A DNA stretch of 64,000 nucleotides from Acidimicrobiales bacterium (GTDB lineage Bacteria > Actinomycetota > Acidimicrobiia > Acidimicrobiales > Bog-793): assembly GCA_052146595.1 (NCBI GenBank), contig JBKQMT010000174.1, positions 10,370 through 74,369 on the forward strand, in the 5' to 3' direction. The notes beneath the pieces were generated by a model. It was not told the DNA's origin and searched no databases. It saw only the letters and a list, made by a program, of their open reading frames with translations. The position numbers were made by a program, and so were the translations under genes. Positions 52,982 to 62,163 of the stretch are shown here, one piece after another. How positions within the stretch are numbered: the stretch's first letter is position 1; the number at the start of each line of letters is the position of its first letter.

Positions 52982-55474
52982 GTGCTGAGTGTTGCCAAGC
53001 TGGCGCGGGGCAGGGAGGAGTACTACCTGGCGACGCTGGCCTCCGGCCGCGCCGAGGCCAGCGGGCTGATCGAGCCCGAAGGGCGCTGGGTGGGGCGCGC
53101 CGCCGGGACCCTCGGCTTGTCGGGGACCGTTGACGGTCCCGCTCTTCGGGCCCTTCTTGCCGGGGTCGACCCGGCCTCGGGCGAGGTGCTCTCGGCGCAC
53201 CACGACAGGGTCCGTGTCGCCGCCTACGACTGCACGTACTCGACTCCGAAGTCCGTGAGCCTGTTGCACGCGCTGGGCCCGGAAGAGGTGCGGACCCAGG
53301 TGCGCGCCGGCCACGAGGAGGCGGCCGAAGCGGCCCTCGGCTACCTCGAACGGCGCGGGGCCCGCGTCCGGCGCAGCCTGGGCCGAGGCGAGCCGGCATC
53401 TTCCATCCCGGCCGGAGGCTTCGCAGCCGCGGCCTTTCTCCATCGGACCAGCCGCGCCCCTGATCCCCATCTTCACAGCCATGTCCTCGTCGCCAACCTG
53501 GCGCCGGGACCGGACGGTCGCTGGTCTGCGCTCGACGGCCGTGGGCTGTACCTGGAGCTGGGGACGGCCCGCGACCTCTACGAGACACAGCTGCGCTCGG
53601 AGCTCACCTTGCGGCTGGGTGTGTCGTGGCGTGAGCTCCAGGGCGCCTGGGCCGACCTTGCGGGCATCGACCCGAGCGTGAGCCGGGCCTTCTCCCGTCG
53701 CTCGGCCGAGATCGAGGCGGCTCTGGAGCAGTCGGGTCGCTCTGGTCCCCGGGCAAGGCGCATCGCCTCGGTGAAGACGAGACCGGGAAAGGATCTCGGC
53801 ACCCCCTACGAGGAGCTCGTGTCGGACTGGCGGGAGCGCTCGTACCGGCTGGGTGTCTCCGACGCCCGCCTGGCCTCGGTCGCCGGGCGGTCGCAGGCCG
53901 GAGTGCCCGAGGCGGGAGGCCGGTCCGAGGACGATGACTCGCGCCTTGAGAACCGGACTCTGCCGATGGCCGGCAGCCGGTCGCGACTCGATGACCGGCC
54001 TGGCGACCGATGGGCCGAGCGGGCGCTCGGGGAGCAGGGGGTCGCCGCTCGCGACGGCACGTGCCGGCGTGGCGATCTCGTGCGGTCGCGCTGCGCCTCT
54101 CTCCCCTTCGGCGCCCCGGTCGAGGAGATCGAGAGGGATGTGGAAGCCCTCGTGGTCGAAGGCCACGTCGTTCCGGCCCCGGAGGCCTCGCGCCGCGTCG
54201 GCCCAGTCCTCAAGGCGGCTTCCGGGCGGCCCATTCCCGGCGGTGTCGCCGAGCCGCTGTACACCACGCCAGGGGTCCTCGAGTTGCACGAAAGGCTCGA
54301 GCAGCTCGTAGGTGCGCACCCGGGAGCGGTCGAGCTTCTTGCGTATCGCTCCGGTGAGCGCCTCGAGGCACTGGACGAGATTGGTCGGGTCCTGTCAGAT
54401 CCGCAGACGCCTGTTGTCGCGGTCGCGCCTGGTCGCGTGTCGGCGGCCTCCTTCGAAGCCGTCACGGGCATCGAGACGGTGCCGATCGCCGACGCGCCCC
54501 GCGCCCGCCACCAGATGGCGCCGGAGTTCGCCGGAAAGGGCATCGTCGTGTTGGCCGAGGCGCAACGGCTCGGCCCTTGGGAGCTCTCGTCGATCGTCGA
54601 GTCCTCCGTGGCCACCGGTGGCCGGGCCGTCCTGTTTGCACCCTCGGCCGCGCTCGAGACCAGTCCCGGGACCGCCGCAGTCTTGGCGCCCCACCTCGAG
54701 GCGTTCGTGCCCAGGCGCCGTCCCCATGAGGCCACGGTCGACGGCGTCACGCTCGAGGGCGTCACGTTCGGCGACGCCGGGGTGGCGGGGGTGGCGGGGG
54801 CGGAAAGGTACTGCTTTGCCGGCCGCGAGGTCCTCGTCGTCGCCGACAGCACTGCCGCCCGCCGGGCGCTGCTGGAGGCTTGGCGACAGGACCGGGCCGG
54901 AGGGCAGCGCACGCTCCTGGTGGCAAGCGACGATGCCGTCGTCGGTTCGTTGCGGGAAGCCGTTCGAAAAGCCGGCGGATCCCCTGAGGATGTCGTCGAG
55001 GCACGCCGTCTGGTGGGGGTTCTGGCCGGGACGCTGCCGGGCTCAGGACACGGGAGGCGGATTGCCGTGCTCGGCGCTCTGCCGGCCGGTGTCAGGGAGG
55101 CTGGGACCCTCGAGCGTGTCCACGTGGCGATCGTTCCCTCGCACACCTCCGAGGCCGAGCGGCTCGGCCGGGCCGCAGAGGTAGCCAGGCCCCGGTATCT
55201 CGTCTCGGAGCTTGGGACGATTCCCTCGGGCGGTTCGGATCGAGCGGCTTGGCGCGCCGGCGCGACGGTGATCGAGGCTTTTCGCCGGCGCTGGTCGATC
55301 GAAGACCACGAGCATGCCGTTGGTGACCGGGCCAGCCTGCGATCCCTCGGTCTCAGTGCCGTCGGGGATGCGGCCGAGACGAGGCTGAAGCTCCGACAGG
55401 TGCTCCGATCGATCGAGCGGGCGTCACCGGCAGCGAGGCGGCACGGGCCGGATGGTCCAGGGCGCTCGCGGTGA
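52982..55474 (+). CDS. MOBF (TrwC/TraA-type) conjugative relaxase with a degenerate C-terminal helicase-like domain
   Basis: Close collinear match to the TrwC N-terminus: MLSVAKL..REEYYL (Tyr pair), DCTYSTPKSVSLL, FLHRTSRAPDPHLHSHVLVANL (His triad), YTTPGVLELHERL. The downstream RecD-like region lacks a GxxGxGKT P-loop and has LAEAQ where DEAS is expected. Confidence 0.8.
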   Translation: MLSVAKLARGREEYYLATLASGRAEASGLIEPEGRWVGRAAGTLGLSGTVDGPALRALLAGVDPASGEVLSAHHDRVRVAAYDCTYSTPKSVSLLHALGPEEVRTQVRAGHEEAAEAALGYLERRGARVRRSLGRGEPASSIPAGGFAAAAFLHRTSRAPDPHLHSHVLVANLAPGPDGRWSALDGRGLYLELGTARDLYETQLRSELTLRLGVSWRELQGAWADLAGIDPSVSRAFSRRSAEIEAALEQSGRSGPRARRIASVKTRPGKDLGTPYEELVSDWRERSYRLGVSDARLASVAGRSQAGVPEAGGRSEDDDSRLENRTLPMAGSRSRLDDRPGDRWAERALGEQGVAARDGTCRRGDLVRSRCASLPFGAPVEEIERDVEALVVEGHVVPAPEASRRVGPVLKAASGRPIPGGVAEPLYTTPGVLELHERLEQLVGAHPGAVELLAYRSGERLEALDEIGRVLSDPQTPVVAVAPGRVSAASFEAVTGIETVPIADAPRARHQMAPEFAGKGIVVLAEAQRLGPWELSSIVESSVATGGRAVLFAPSAALETSPGTAAVLAPHLEAFVPRRRPHEATVDGVTLEGVTFGDAGVAGVAGAERYCFAGREVLVVADSTAARRALLEAWRQDRAGGQRTLLVASDDAVVGSLREAVRKAGGSPEDVVEARRLVGVLAGTLPGSGHGRRIAVLGALPAGVREAGTLERVHVAIVPSHTSEAERLGRAAEVARPRYLVSELGTIPSGGSDRAAWRAGATVIEAFRRRWSIEDHEHAVGDRASLRSLGLSAVGDAAETRLKLRQVLRSIERASPAARRHGPDGPGRSR

Positions 55475-55491
55475 CCTGACGGTTGCCGCCC

Positions 55492-57027
55492 TCAGCGCCC
55501 ACGCAGCCATCGGCCGCGGCCTGATGTGACCGCACGGGCCGCGACCTCTGGCATCACGGCTTCGCTGCGCTCGCGTGCCCAGACCCGGCCGCCCATGACC
55601 GCCTCGCGCCAGGGCGAGCTCGAGAACCACGGCGTCATCCGCAGGAAACCAGGCTTCGCGCCCTCGATGCCGAGTATGAGCCCTGGATGGCCGCGGGCGA
55701 TGGCATCGGCGGGGAGAGCTCGGTCCTTGCGCATCGACACGGTCCGGGTTGTGGCGGGCCTGAAGGCGGTGAGCCCGCGCCGGCGCGGGCCCTGCGACAC
55801 AGACACCGTCGGCACCTCGTGCTCGCCCCCGAGGAGCGATATGGCTTCGAGGGTCCGGGTATCTCCGATGCCGGGAAAGATCAGTTTGGTCCCGAACAGG
55901 GTGAGGAACCCGTCTGCTTCGCGCTCCCACCGGGTCCTTGCCTGTGACAGATCCTGCAGGCACGCCAGTGTCACGACGCCCTGGCTGCCACCCTCGGCGA
56001 CGAGCGTCGGAAGGTCGTGCAGGGGGGCGATGTTGGCCAGCTCGTCCAGGACGAGGAGGAGCGGCGGCCTCGAAGATGCCCGGGGCGGTCCCAAGAAGGG
56101 ATCGACGCCGGCACCCGAGCCGGTGAGCGTGGCGACCAGTGAGCTCTGGTAGGCGGCGACGCGCACCTCGCGGAGAAGCCCCGCGACAAGGGGAGCAGCT
56201 TGTCGTTGATGGTCACTCCCGGCGCAGACGTAGAGCGTGCCCCGACTGCCCAAGAGCTCGGCCGCATCGAGGAGCCGCCCTCCGGTCGAGGCGAGGGCGG
56301 CATCGGTCCGGTAGCCGGCGAGCACGCCCGAAGCGGTGGACCAGATGCCGCTTTGCTCGCGTGCTTCGGTGGCGATGATGCCTTCGAGGAGATCGAGCGC
56401 CCGGTCGGCCCCGCCACGGGCGAGCGCGGCGCGGGCCACCTCGGGATCGTGCCGGTTCACGGTGGCGAGCACCTCGGGGAAGGGCCGTCGCTCGAGGGCT
56501 CCGGCATGCAGGACGACGGCGAGCAGCGCCCCTGCCCGCTCGCTCCAGTGTGCGGCCTCGCCTCGGTCCGTGCCCGGCCGGGCGGCTCGCACCATGGACT
56601 CGGCGACGAGGACCGCCCCGTCCCAAGTGCTTGCGAGCCCGAGGGGCGACCATCCGACGCGCTCGACACCTGGCGGGCTCGGTACCGAGCCACTCGGGTC
56701 GTACAAGAAGACAGGCCCCACTTGGCAGCGGGCGGACCAGGTCAGGGCAAGCACGTCAGCCTTGGTGGAGGCCGCGATCACCGGCCCGCAGGCGGCGAGA
56801 ACGTTCGGGACGACGACTGCGGCCGTCTTTCCCGAGCGCGGTGGCCCGAGCACGAGGACCCCTTCTTGGGGACGGGCGAACTGGGGGACGCCTCCGCCCC
56901 TGAGCGAACGGCCGACATAGATGCCGTGGCCGTAGCTCTGCGACATCGCGAGCACGAGAGAAAGCGGATCAGGGAGCGGCTCGAGCACCACCGAGTCGTA
57001 GCCGAGGCACTTACCGGTCGACATCAT
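55492..57027 (-). CDS. Type IV coupling protein-like ATPase (VirD4/TraG/TraD family) without N-terminal TM helices
   Basis: LVLGPPRSGKTAAVVVPN (Walker A), PLLLVLDELANI (Walker B), LACLQDLSQ, TKLIFPGIGD. No hydrophobic segment in the first 60 aa. Confidence 0.75.
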   Translation of the reverse strand: MMSTGKCLGYDSVVLEPLPDPLSLVLAMSQSYGHGIYVGRSLRGGGVPQFARPQEGVLVLGPPRSGKTAAVVVPNVLAACGPVIAASTKADVLALTWSARCQVGPVFLYDPSGSVPSPPGVERVGWSPLGLASTWDGAVLVAESMVRAARPGTDRGEAAHWSERAGALLAVVLHAGALERRPFPEVLATVNRHDPEVARAALARGGADRALDLLEGIIATEAREQSGIWSTASGVLAGYRTDAALASTGGRLLDAAELLGSRGTLYVCAGSDHQRQAAPLVAGLLREVRVAAYQSSLVATLTGSGAGVDPFLGPPRASSRPPLLLVLDELANIAPLHDLPTLVAEGGSQGVVTLACLQDLSQARTRWEREADGFLTLFGTKLIFPGIGDTRTLEAISLLGGEHEVPTVSVSQGPRRRGLTAFRPATTRTVSMRKDRALPADAIARGHPGLILGIEGAKPGFLRMTPWFSSSPWREAVMGGRVWARERSEAVMPEVAARAVTSGRGRWLRGR

Positions 57028-57324
57028 GGTGAGTCGCCGCGGGCGAGGTGGGGCATCCCTCTTGGCAAACTCGGTGACACGACTGGGCCGATCGCGGTCT
57101 CTCGCGGCCGGCGTTGCCCACGTCGCCTGCCCGAGAAGAATCTCGGCTGCTCGAGGTCTCGGCGCGGACCGCGACGGGAAATCAGGGAAATTGAGACCTC
57201 TCCAGCGCTTGTCCGCTCACGGGAGCCCGGAGTCGGATCAGGGACCGAAAATGGCGGCCAAACGGTGCTCCCGCGAAGAAAGCCCTTGTTTTTGTTGGCT
57301 TAACTGTCGTGATTGTCGCCTCGT

Positions 57325-57341
57325 GATCCGGAGTCCGGATC
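57325..57341. promoter_or_regulatory. Perfect 17-bp palindrome GATCCGGA-g-TCCGGATC in the coupling-protein/hupB intergenic region
   Basis: Read directly. Flanked by a direct repeat tcgtgat (57307-57313 and 57321-57327). Confidence 0.35.
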
Positions 57342-57455
57342 CGGAACAGGCCCTAGAATAAAGGGGTCGCGCGTCGCTCCGAGGAGAATGCTTGATTTCC
57401 GCCTGAAAATCACCTTGTATTGCGTGAGGATCGGACAACATGCCAGGAGGCGAAA

Positions 57456-57953
57456 TTGAACAGGACAGAACTAATCGGCGAGATGAGCAAGTACACCGGG
57501 CTGACGACAAGACAGTCGGAAAGCGGTCTGAAGGCTTTCGAGTACGTGGTCACCTCGGCACTGCGATCCAACGACACCGTCCGCATCACGGGCTTTGGAA
57601 CTTTCAAGGTGCGGGACCGTGCGGCACGGCGTGGACGCAACCCGCAGACGGGCGCGCCCGTGCGTATCAAGGCGTCCAAGGGCATCGGCTTTGCCGCCGG
57701 CGCGGGGCTGAAGAAGGACCTCAACTCGCGCACCGCCTTGGAGAAGCCGGAGTACGTAGGTATCGCAGCCAACAACTCTGCGAAGGCGGCCGCTCCCGCC
57801 AAGGCTCCGGCCAAGAAGGCGCCGGCCAAGAAGGCCGCTCCGGTCAAGAAGGCCGTTCCCGCCAAGGCTCCGGCCAAGAAAGCGCCGGCCATAAAGGCGC
57901 CTGCCAAGAAGGCGCCCGCGAAGAAGGCTCCTGCGAAGAAGGTTGCTCGCTAG
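57456..57953 (+). CDS. hupB: Histone-like protein HU with a C-terminal Lys/Ala/Pro (PAKKA) repeat tail (HupB/Hlp type)
   Basis: LNRTELIGEMSKYTGLTTRQSESGLKAFEYVVTSAL...ITGFGTFKVRDRAARRGRNPQTGAPVRIKASKGIGF, then AKAPAKKAPAKKAAPVKKA.... AGGAGG lies 5 nt before the TTG at 57456. Confidence 0.9.
   Translation: MNRTELIGEMSKYTGLTTRQSESGLKAFEYVVTSALRSNDTVRITGFGTFKVRDRAARRGRNPQTGAPVRIKASKGIGFAAGAGLKKDLNSRTALEKPEYVGIAANNSAKAAAPAKAPAKKAPAKKAAPVKKAVPAKAPAKKAPAIKAPAKKAPAKKAPAKKVAR
57780..57950 (+). repeat. Coding 15-nt periodic repeat (PAKKA-type) forming the HU tail
   Basis: Reiterated gccaagaaggcgccg-type units, read directly. Confidence 0.85.
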
Positions 57954-57980
57954 GGTCATCAGCTCCAGACATGCCTTTAT

Positions 57981-58023
57981 CGACGAGGCCTCGCGGCGAA
58001 GCTCGTGCCGCGAGGCCTCGTCG
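57981..58023. terminator. Bidirectional hairpin with perfect 16-bp arms between the convergent hupB and PIG-L genes
   Basis: cgacgaggcctcgcgg-cgaagctcgtg-ccgcgaggcctcgtcg. Confidence 0.6.
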
Positions 58024-58040
58024 CGTCCGGGACAGGTGCC

Positions 58041-58781
58041 TCAGAGGTTGTCGATCCGCTTGAAGGCCTCGGCCGCGCCAAAGCCGCCCTTGACTCCCAG
58101 CTCGGCGAGCCGGTCGGCGACTCGGCGTTTGAATTCCAGGACTTCGGGGTGCTCGCCGTCCTCAACTGCACCAGGGTCGGCGATCCCCATCGTCGAGCGG
58201 AGCTGGCTCCTGTGCTGCAAGAGGGCGGCGAGTTTCGCATCGACGAAATCCGTCACGTCCTCGAGATGATCCGGCTCGTCCGCTTCGAACAAGAGCAGAT
58301 TCGCCGGCCGGTGGGGCGGGTCGTCGAGCTCCGGGAAAAAGAGCGGATCGCGTGCGGCAACGATCCCGTCGGTGACGAGAAACCCGGCGTTGCGGTGGTC
58401 CGGGTGCAGTCGGTACCGCTTCCACGGGTCGTGACCGAGGACGACATCGGGCTTGATCTTGCGGATGCAGGAGGCGACCTCGAAGCGCTGGCGCAGCCCC
58501 GACTCGAGCTCGCCGTCGGGCCAGCCGAGGAAGATCACCTCGCCCTTGCCCCCGAGGGCCACGGAAGCGGCTCGCTGCTCACTGCGCCGCGTGACGACGA
58601 GCTCAGCCGGATCGTGTGCGGGGTCCCAGGTCCCCTTGGACCCGTCGGTGCAGATGAGATGGAAGATCTCGCAGCCGTTGCCGGCCCATTTCGCCAGCGT
58701 GCCGCCGCAGCCGAACTCGACGTCGTCGGGATGCGCTCCCACAGCGAGCGCCCGAGCGGGGACGGGCAGGTTGGATTCCAT
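58041..58781 (-). CDS. PIG-L/LmbE-family deacetylase (MshB/Mca-like)
   Basis: ALAVGAHPDDVEFGCGGTLAKW...ICTDGSKG...HPDHRNAG. Internal ATG at 58781; the track ORF is extended to 59090. Confidence 0.85.
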   Translation of the reverse strand: MESNLPVPARALAVGAHPDDVEFGCGGTLAKWAGNGCEIFHLICTDGSKGTWDPAHDPAELVVTRRSEQRAASVALGGKGEVIFLGWPDGELESGLRQRFEVASCIRKIKPDVVLGHDPWKRYRLHPDHRNAGFLVTDGIVAARDPLFFPELDDPPHRPANLLLFEADEPDHLEDVTDFVDAKLAALLQHRSQLRSTMGIADPGAVEDGEHPEVLEFKRRVADRLAELGVKGGFGAAEAFKRIDNL

Positions 58782-58785
58782 CCGC

Positions 58786-59361
58786 TCAGGTTGCCACGTG
58801 AGCGAGTACCAGGTCCTCGGGCAGGTCGATGTCGATCGCGAGCCGCCGGTCGTAGACGAGCTGGCAAGGCAGGCCGAGCCGGGCCGCTTCTGAGCGGTGG
58901 CGCTCGAAGCTCCCCGCCCCATAGGCGAAACAGAACCCGGCGCCTGTCGGCACGACGGCCACGTTCGTCCCGTCGCGGCGGCGGTCTGGCACGAGGGTGA
59001 TCGTGCCGGCCTCGCCCAGTGCAGCCAAACCGGCGGCGAAAGGAAGATCCCCGTGGGCAACCACCGCCAGGTCGACGCCTTCGGCGGCAAGCTGGGCGAC
59101 GCCGGCCATCACCGCCGCCGACAGGCCGAGCCCCGGCGTCCACGCCACCCGGGCGCCGTGCTCTATGGCCCATGCGGCGACCTCGTCGTCGTCGCAGACG
59201 ACAAGCACGGGAAGCGGGGCGGCAGCGGCGATCACCCTCGAGGCCAGCTCGCGGGCCAGAGTCTCACGGGCGCGTGTGTCAAGCACGGTGGCGAGGCGCA
59301 GCTTGGCGGCACGAAAGGACTTCACAGGGACGAGCACGGCGCGTGCCGTCCCGGCGGTCAT
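58786..59361 (-). CDS. cofC: 2-phospho-L-lactate / phosphoenolpyruvate guanylyltransferase (F420 biosynthesis)
   Basis: AVLVPVKSFRAAKLRL...VVCDDDEV...VVAHGDLPF...LVPDRRRDGTN. ATGA overlap with the GH38 gene stop. Confidence 0.8.
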   Translation of the reverse strand: MTAGTARAVLVPVKSFRAAKLRLATVLDTRARETLARELASRVIAAAAPLPVLVVCDDDEVAAWAIEHGARVAWTPGLGLSAAVMAGVAQLAAEGVDLAVVAHGDLPFAAGLAALGEAGTITLVPDRRRDGTNVAVVPTGAGFCFAYGAGSFERHRSEAARLGLPCQLVYDRRLAIDIDLPEDLVLAHVAT

Positions 59362-62153
59362 TTCTTGGCGAGCCTCGCCGTGGCGATGCGGTGCGGCTCG
59401 AGCTCGAAGAACCCTTCGAAGCTGGCGACGTGACGGCCGCGCAGATCGACGAGCTGGCCGCGAAGCGGCGCCCCGGGTGCGTGAGACTCCGCCGGTGTCT
59501 CGGTGCCGGAGCGCAGCTCGACGCGAGTCGTGATACCGCTCGGGTTGAACAGGCGCATCTCGAGAGCACCGCCTGGGACACGGCGCAGAGCGCTCACCAC
59601 GGCGCCGTTCACGGAGAGCAACGAGGCTTCGAGCGCGAACGTGCCACCGCCCAGGCTCGATACGACAGGCAGGTCAAAGAAGGCGGCGTCGGCGAGCGCA
59701 TAGACGTCCTTTGCGTCGAGGGCGACCCCATAACGCAGCGTGAGAGGGCGCTGCAGCTGTGGGCCCTCGAGCTGATCGATCGGACCCGCCGGCAGAGGGC
59801 GGTTCGCCATCGTGAGCCTGGAGAGCATGCCTGTCGCCCGCAGCAAGGTCAGTGCGAGGCCGTGGGCCCGCAAAGCGCCAGCGTCGGAGCCGGTCTCATC
59901 GGACCCGTCGAGATCGACGAGCTCGTACTCGCACAGGCCTTCGTGGAAGACGCTCAGCCCGCCCGCTTGCACGAAACGGCGGGAGGGATAGGTAGCGAGA
60001 GGCCGCTCACTCGGGCCTCCTTCGGCGACAAGGCCACGTTGGACTATGTCGAAGGCGCACTCGGCGCTGGAGTGGTCCGCCGGCTCGGGCAGCGGGAACC
60101 AGGCCCGCAGCCGGTGATCCCGGCAGGAGTTGTCGAAGCTCGTCGTGACCCGGACCAGGTCCTCGCCTGCACGAAGCTCGATCCGGGAACTGACGACCAC
60201 CTCCCGCTCGCCGGTCCGGGCGCGCCGGGCGTCGTCGATCCGCTCCGGCCAGCGGTAGGTCCGCTCGGCGACGGCCACAGCCCGGACGGGGCCTGTCTCG
60301 AGCAGCGAGAGGACGACCCGCTCGGGTGCGTCGACGACGATGTCGTGCTCGGGGGGCGAGTAGTTGTAGGTGTCGCCGAAATCTCCCGAGTCGACGAGAC
60401 GGTTGAAGCCGGGAAGGCCGTTCAAGGAGAAGGTGCCGTCGCTCGGCGAGATCGTCACGCTCACGCGCGAGTTGGCGAGAACGAGCCGGCCGTCGCTTTC
60501 CTTGCCGGCTGTCACCGGGTCGGCGAGCGGCACCGGCTGCCACGCCTTCCAGCCAAAGCCCGGGACGTCCTCGACGCGCGCCAGCAGCCGGCGCGAGGAC
60601 ACCTTGTCGAGTCGCACCCTGACCTTGGCGTCGGGGCGGAGGGCGAACCGGGCGAGCAGGTCAGCTTTGATCTGCGTGATCTGCAGGTCGTTCGAGCGCT
60701 CGGGGAGCACGCGCACGACAATGTCGATGCCGCTCTCGTCCTCTTCGACCTCAACCCCCGCGACGTAGGCATCGTCGCCTATCTGGTCGTGGTTGCCGAG
60801 CTGGGACAGGACGGCGCGCGCCTCTCTCGTCGTCAGCACGAGATCGGCCGCGAGCCCGACACGCTCGTCGAGGATCTGGGCGCCCTCGATGGGCCCCTCG
60901 CCGCCGAGGATCAGCTCGATCACTCCGGAGCGGGAGCGCGCGCCCGGGTTCACGGCGACATGACAGGGCTCCGACAGCGACGAAGCCAGCTTCTTGAGGG
61001 CGCGCTCGGCCACTCCCTCGGCGATCCGGGTCGCCTCGGCGTAGCGGTGGAGCACGGCGGCGTCCACCTCGTCATGCGAGCAGGCACAGATCGAATCGTG
61101 GGCCGAGTTCCGAACGAGCTCGCGCCACGCGATCTGGAGCACCGACCCGGGGTACTGCTCCGGTGCCATGAGCAGTGCCGCCAACGGTTCGGCAAGCCGC
61201 TCCAGCATTCGCTCGGCGCGGGCGGCGGCCTGCTTTACGTCCACGCGGTTGGAGGCGACGCCCATCAAGATGTTCGTCCGGGCGCCCGAGCGCAGCTCGC
61301 CCTGCCAGCTGGGCAGCCCGGAGCGAGGAGCCGCGGCGAGTGCCTCGGGAAGAGAAGCGATGGCGATCTCGAAACGGTCCTGGATGGCGTTGGCTTCCGC
61401 GACCACGCGGCCCAGCCACGGCTGGGGCTCTTGGTGATCGGTCCCGTTCGGGAACAGGATCGGCCCGTCCGGCCCGATCAGGAAGTCGGCGTGCTCCTCC
61501 TCGAAAGCTTCGAGACGGCGCACGAAGGCCTTGGCGTCGTCTGCCACCGAGGCACCGGCCGAGTAGCCGGCGGGGAGGTGCTCGGCCCGCACCACCGAGC
61601 CGTCCGGGGCCGCCCAGGAAAAGGCGGTCTTGTCGAGCACCGAGGGCACGCCGCGCCACACGACGGCATCGGCGAAGCCAGCCGCCCGCAATATCTGGGG
61701 CATCTGGGCCACGTGACCGAACATGTCGGGGAGGTAGCCGACTTCCATGGCGCCCCCGAAAGCCGTCGCGCGCTCCAGCCCGAGCTGCAGGTTGCGCACG
61801 ATCGTCTCGCCGGAGACGAGGAATTCGTCCATGAGGACGTACCAGGGACCGAAACTGATCCGCCCCGAGGCCGCGAGGTGCCGGAGGCGGTCCTCGTTCT
61901 CGGGGCGAACCTCCAGGTAGTCGTCGACTGCCGCCATGTGACCGTCGAAGAGGAAACGGGCATAGGACGGGTCGGACTCCATGAGCTCGAGCAGTTTGTC
62001 CACGAGATCGACGAGACGCAGCTGGAAGGTGCGGAACGGCGAGTACCACTCGCGGTCCCAGTGCGTGTGAGGTACGACGTTGACCCTGCGGCGGGACGCG
62101 CCAGGGCGGGCGGTCTCGGGTGCAAGCCCGACATCGTCGCTGTAACCAGACAT
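59358..62153 (-). CDS. Glycoside hydrolase family 38 alpha-mannosidase (mannosylglycerate-hydrolase-like)
   Basis: VNVVPHTHWDREWY...GPWYVLMDEFLVSGE...GYLPDMFGH. I use the internal ATG at 62153. The 272 upstream codons of the track ORF overlap the regulator gene in another frame. Confidence 0.85.
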   Translation of the reverse strand: MSGYSDDVGLAPETARPGASRRRVNVVPHTHWDREWYSPFRTFQLRLVDLVDKLLELMESDPSYARFLFDGHMAAVDDYLEVRPENEDRLRHLAASGRISFGPWYVLMDEFLVSGETIVRNLQLGLERATAFGGAMEVGYLPDMFGHVAQMPQILRAAGFADAVVWRGVPSVLDKTAFSWAAPDGSVVRAEHLPAGYSAGASVADDAKAFVRRLEAFEEEHADFLIGPDGPILFPNGTDHQEPQPWLGRVVAEANAIQDRFEIAIASLPEALAAAPRSGLPSWQGELRSGARTNILMGVASNRVDVKQAAARAERMLERLAEPLAALLMAPEQYPGSVLQIAWRELVRNSAHDSICACSHDEVDAAVLHRYAEATRIAEGVAERALKKLASSLSEPCHVAVNPGARSRSGVIELILGGEGPIEGAQILDERVGLAADLVLTTREARAVLSQLGNHDQIGDDAYVAGVEVEEDESGIDIVVRVLPERSNDLQITQIKADLLARFALRPDAKVRVRLDKVSSRRLLARVEDVPGFGWKAWQPVPLADPVTAGKESDGRLVLANSRVSVTISPSDGTFSLNGLPGFNRLVDSGDFGDTYNYSPPEHDIVVDAPERVVLSLLETGPVRAVAVAERTYRWPERIDDARRARTGEREVVVSSRIELRAGEDLVRVTTSFDNSCRDHRLRAWFPLPEPADHSSAECAFDIVQRGLVAEGGPSERPLATYPSRRFVQAGGLSVFHEGLCEYELVDLDGSDETGSDAGALRAHGLALTLLRATGMLSRLTMANRPLPAGPIDQLEGPQLQRPLTLRYGVALDAKDVYALADAAFFDLPVVSSLGGGTFALEASLLSVNGAVVSALRRVPGGALEMRLFNPSGITTRVELRSGTETPAESHAPGAPLRGQLVDLRGRHVASFEGFFELEPHRIATARLAKK

Positions 62154-62163
62154 GTCGTGCAGG

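Larger units (their letters stand above)
52834..57455. mobile_element. Relaxase plus coupling-protein module (remnant or mobilisable-element core?); boundaries undefined
   Basis: Only the two conjugation-type genes listed below are present. I saw no integrase, T4SS channel genes, tRNA or flanking direct repeats. Confidence 0.3.

Noticed and set aside
57392-57423. hupB promoter TTGATT with a downstream -10 box.
   Set aside because: No hexamer at 16-19-nt spacing fits TAnnnT (ttgtat, tgtatt, gtattg), so it is too uncertain to list as a feature.
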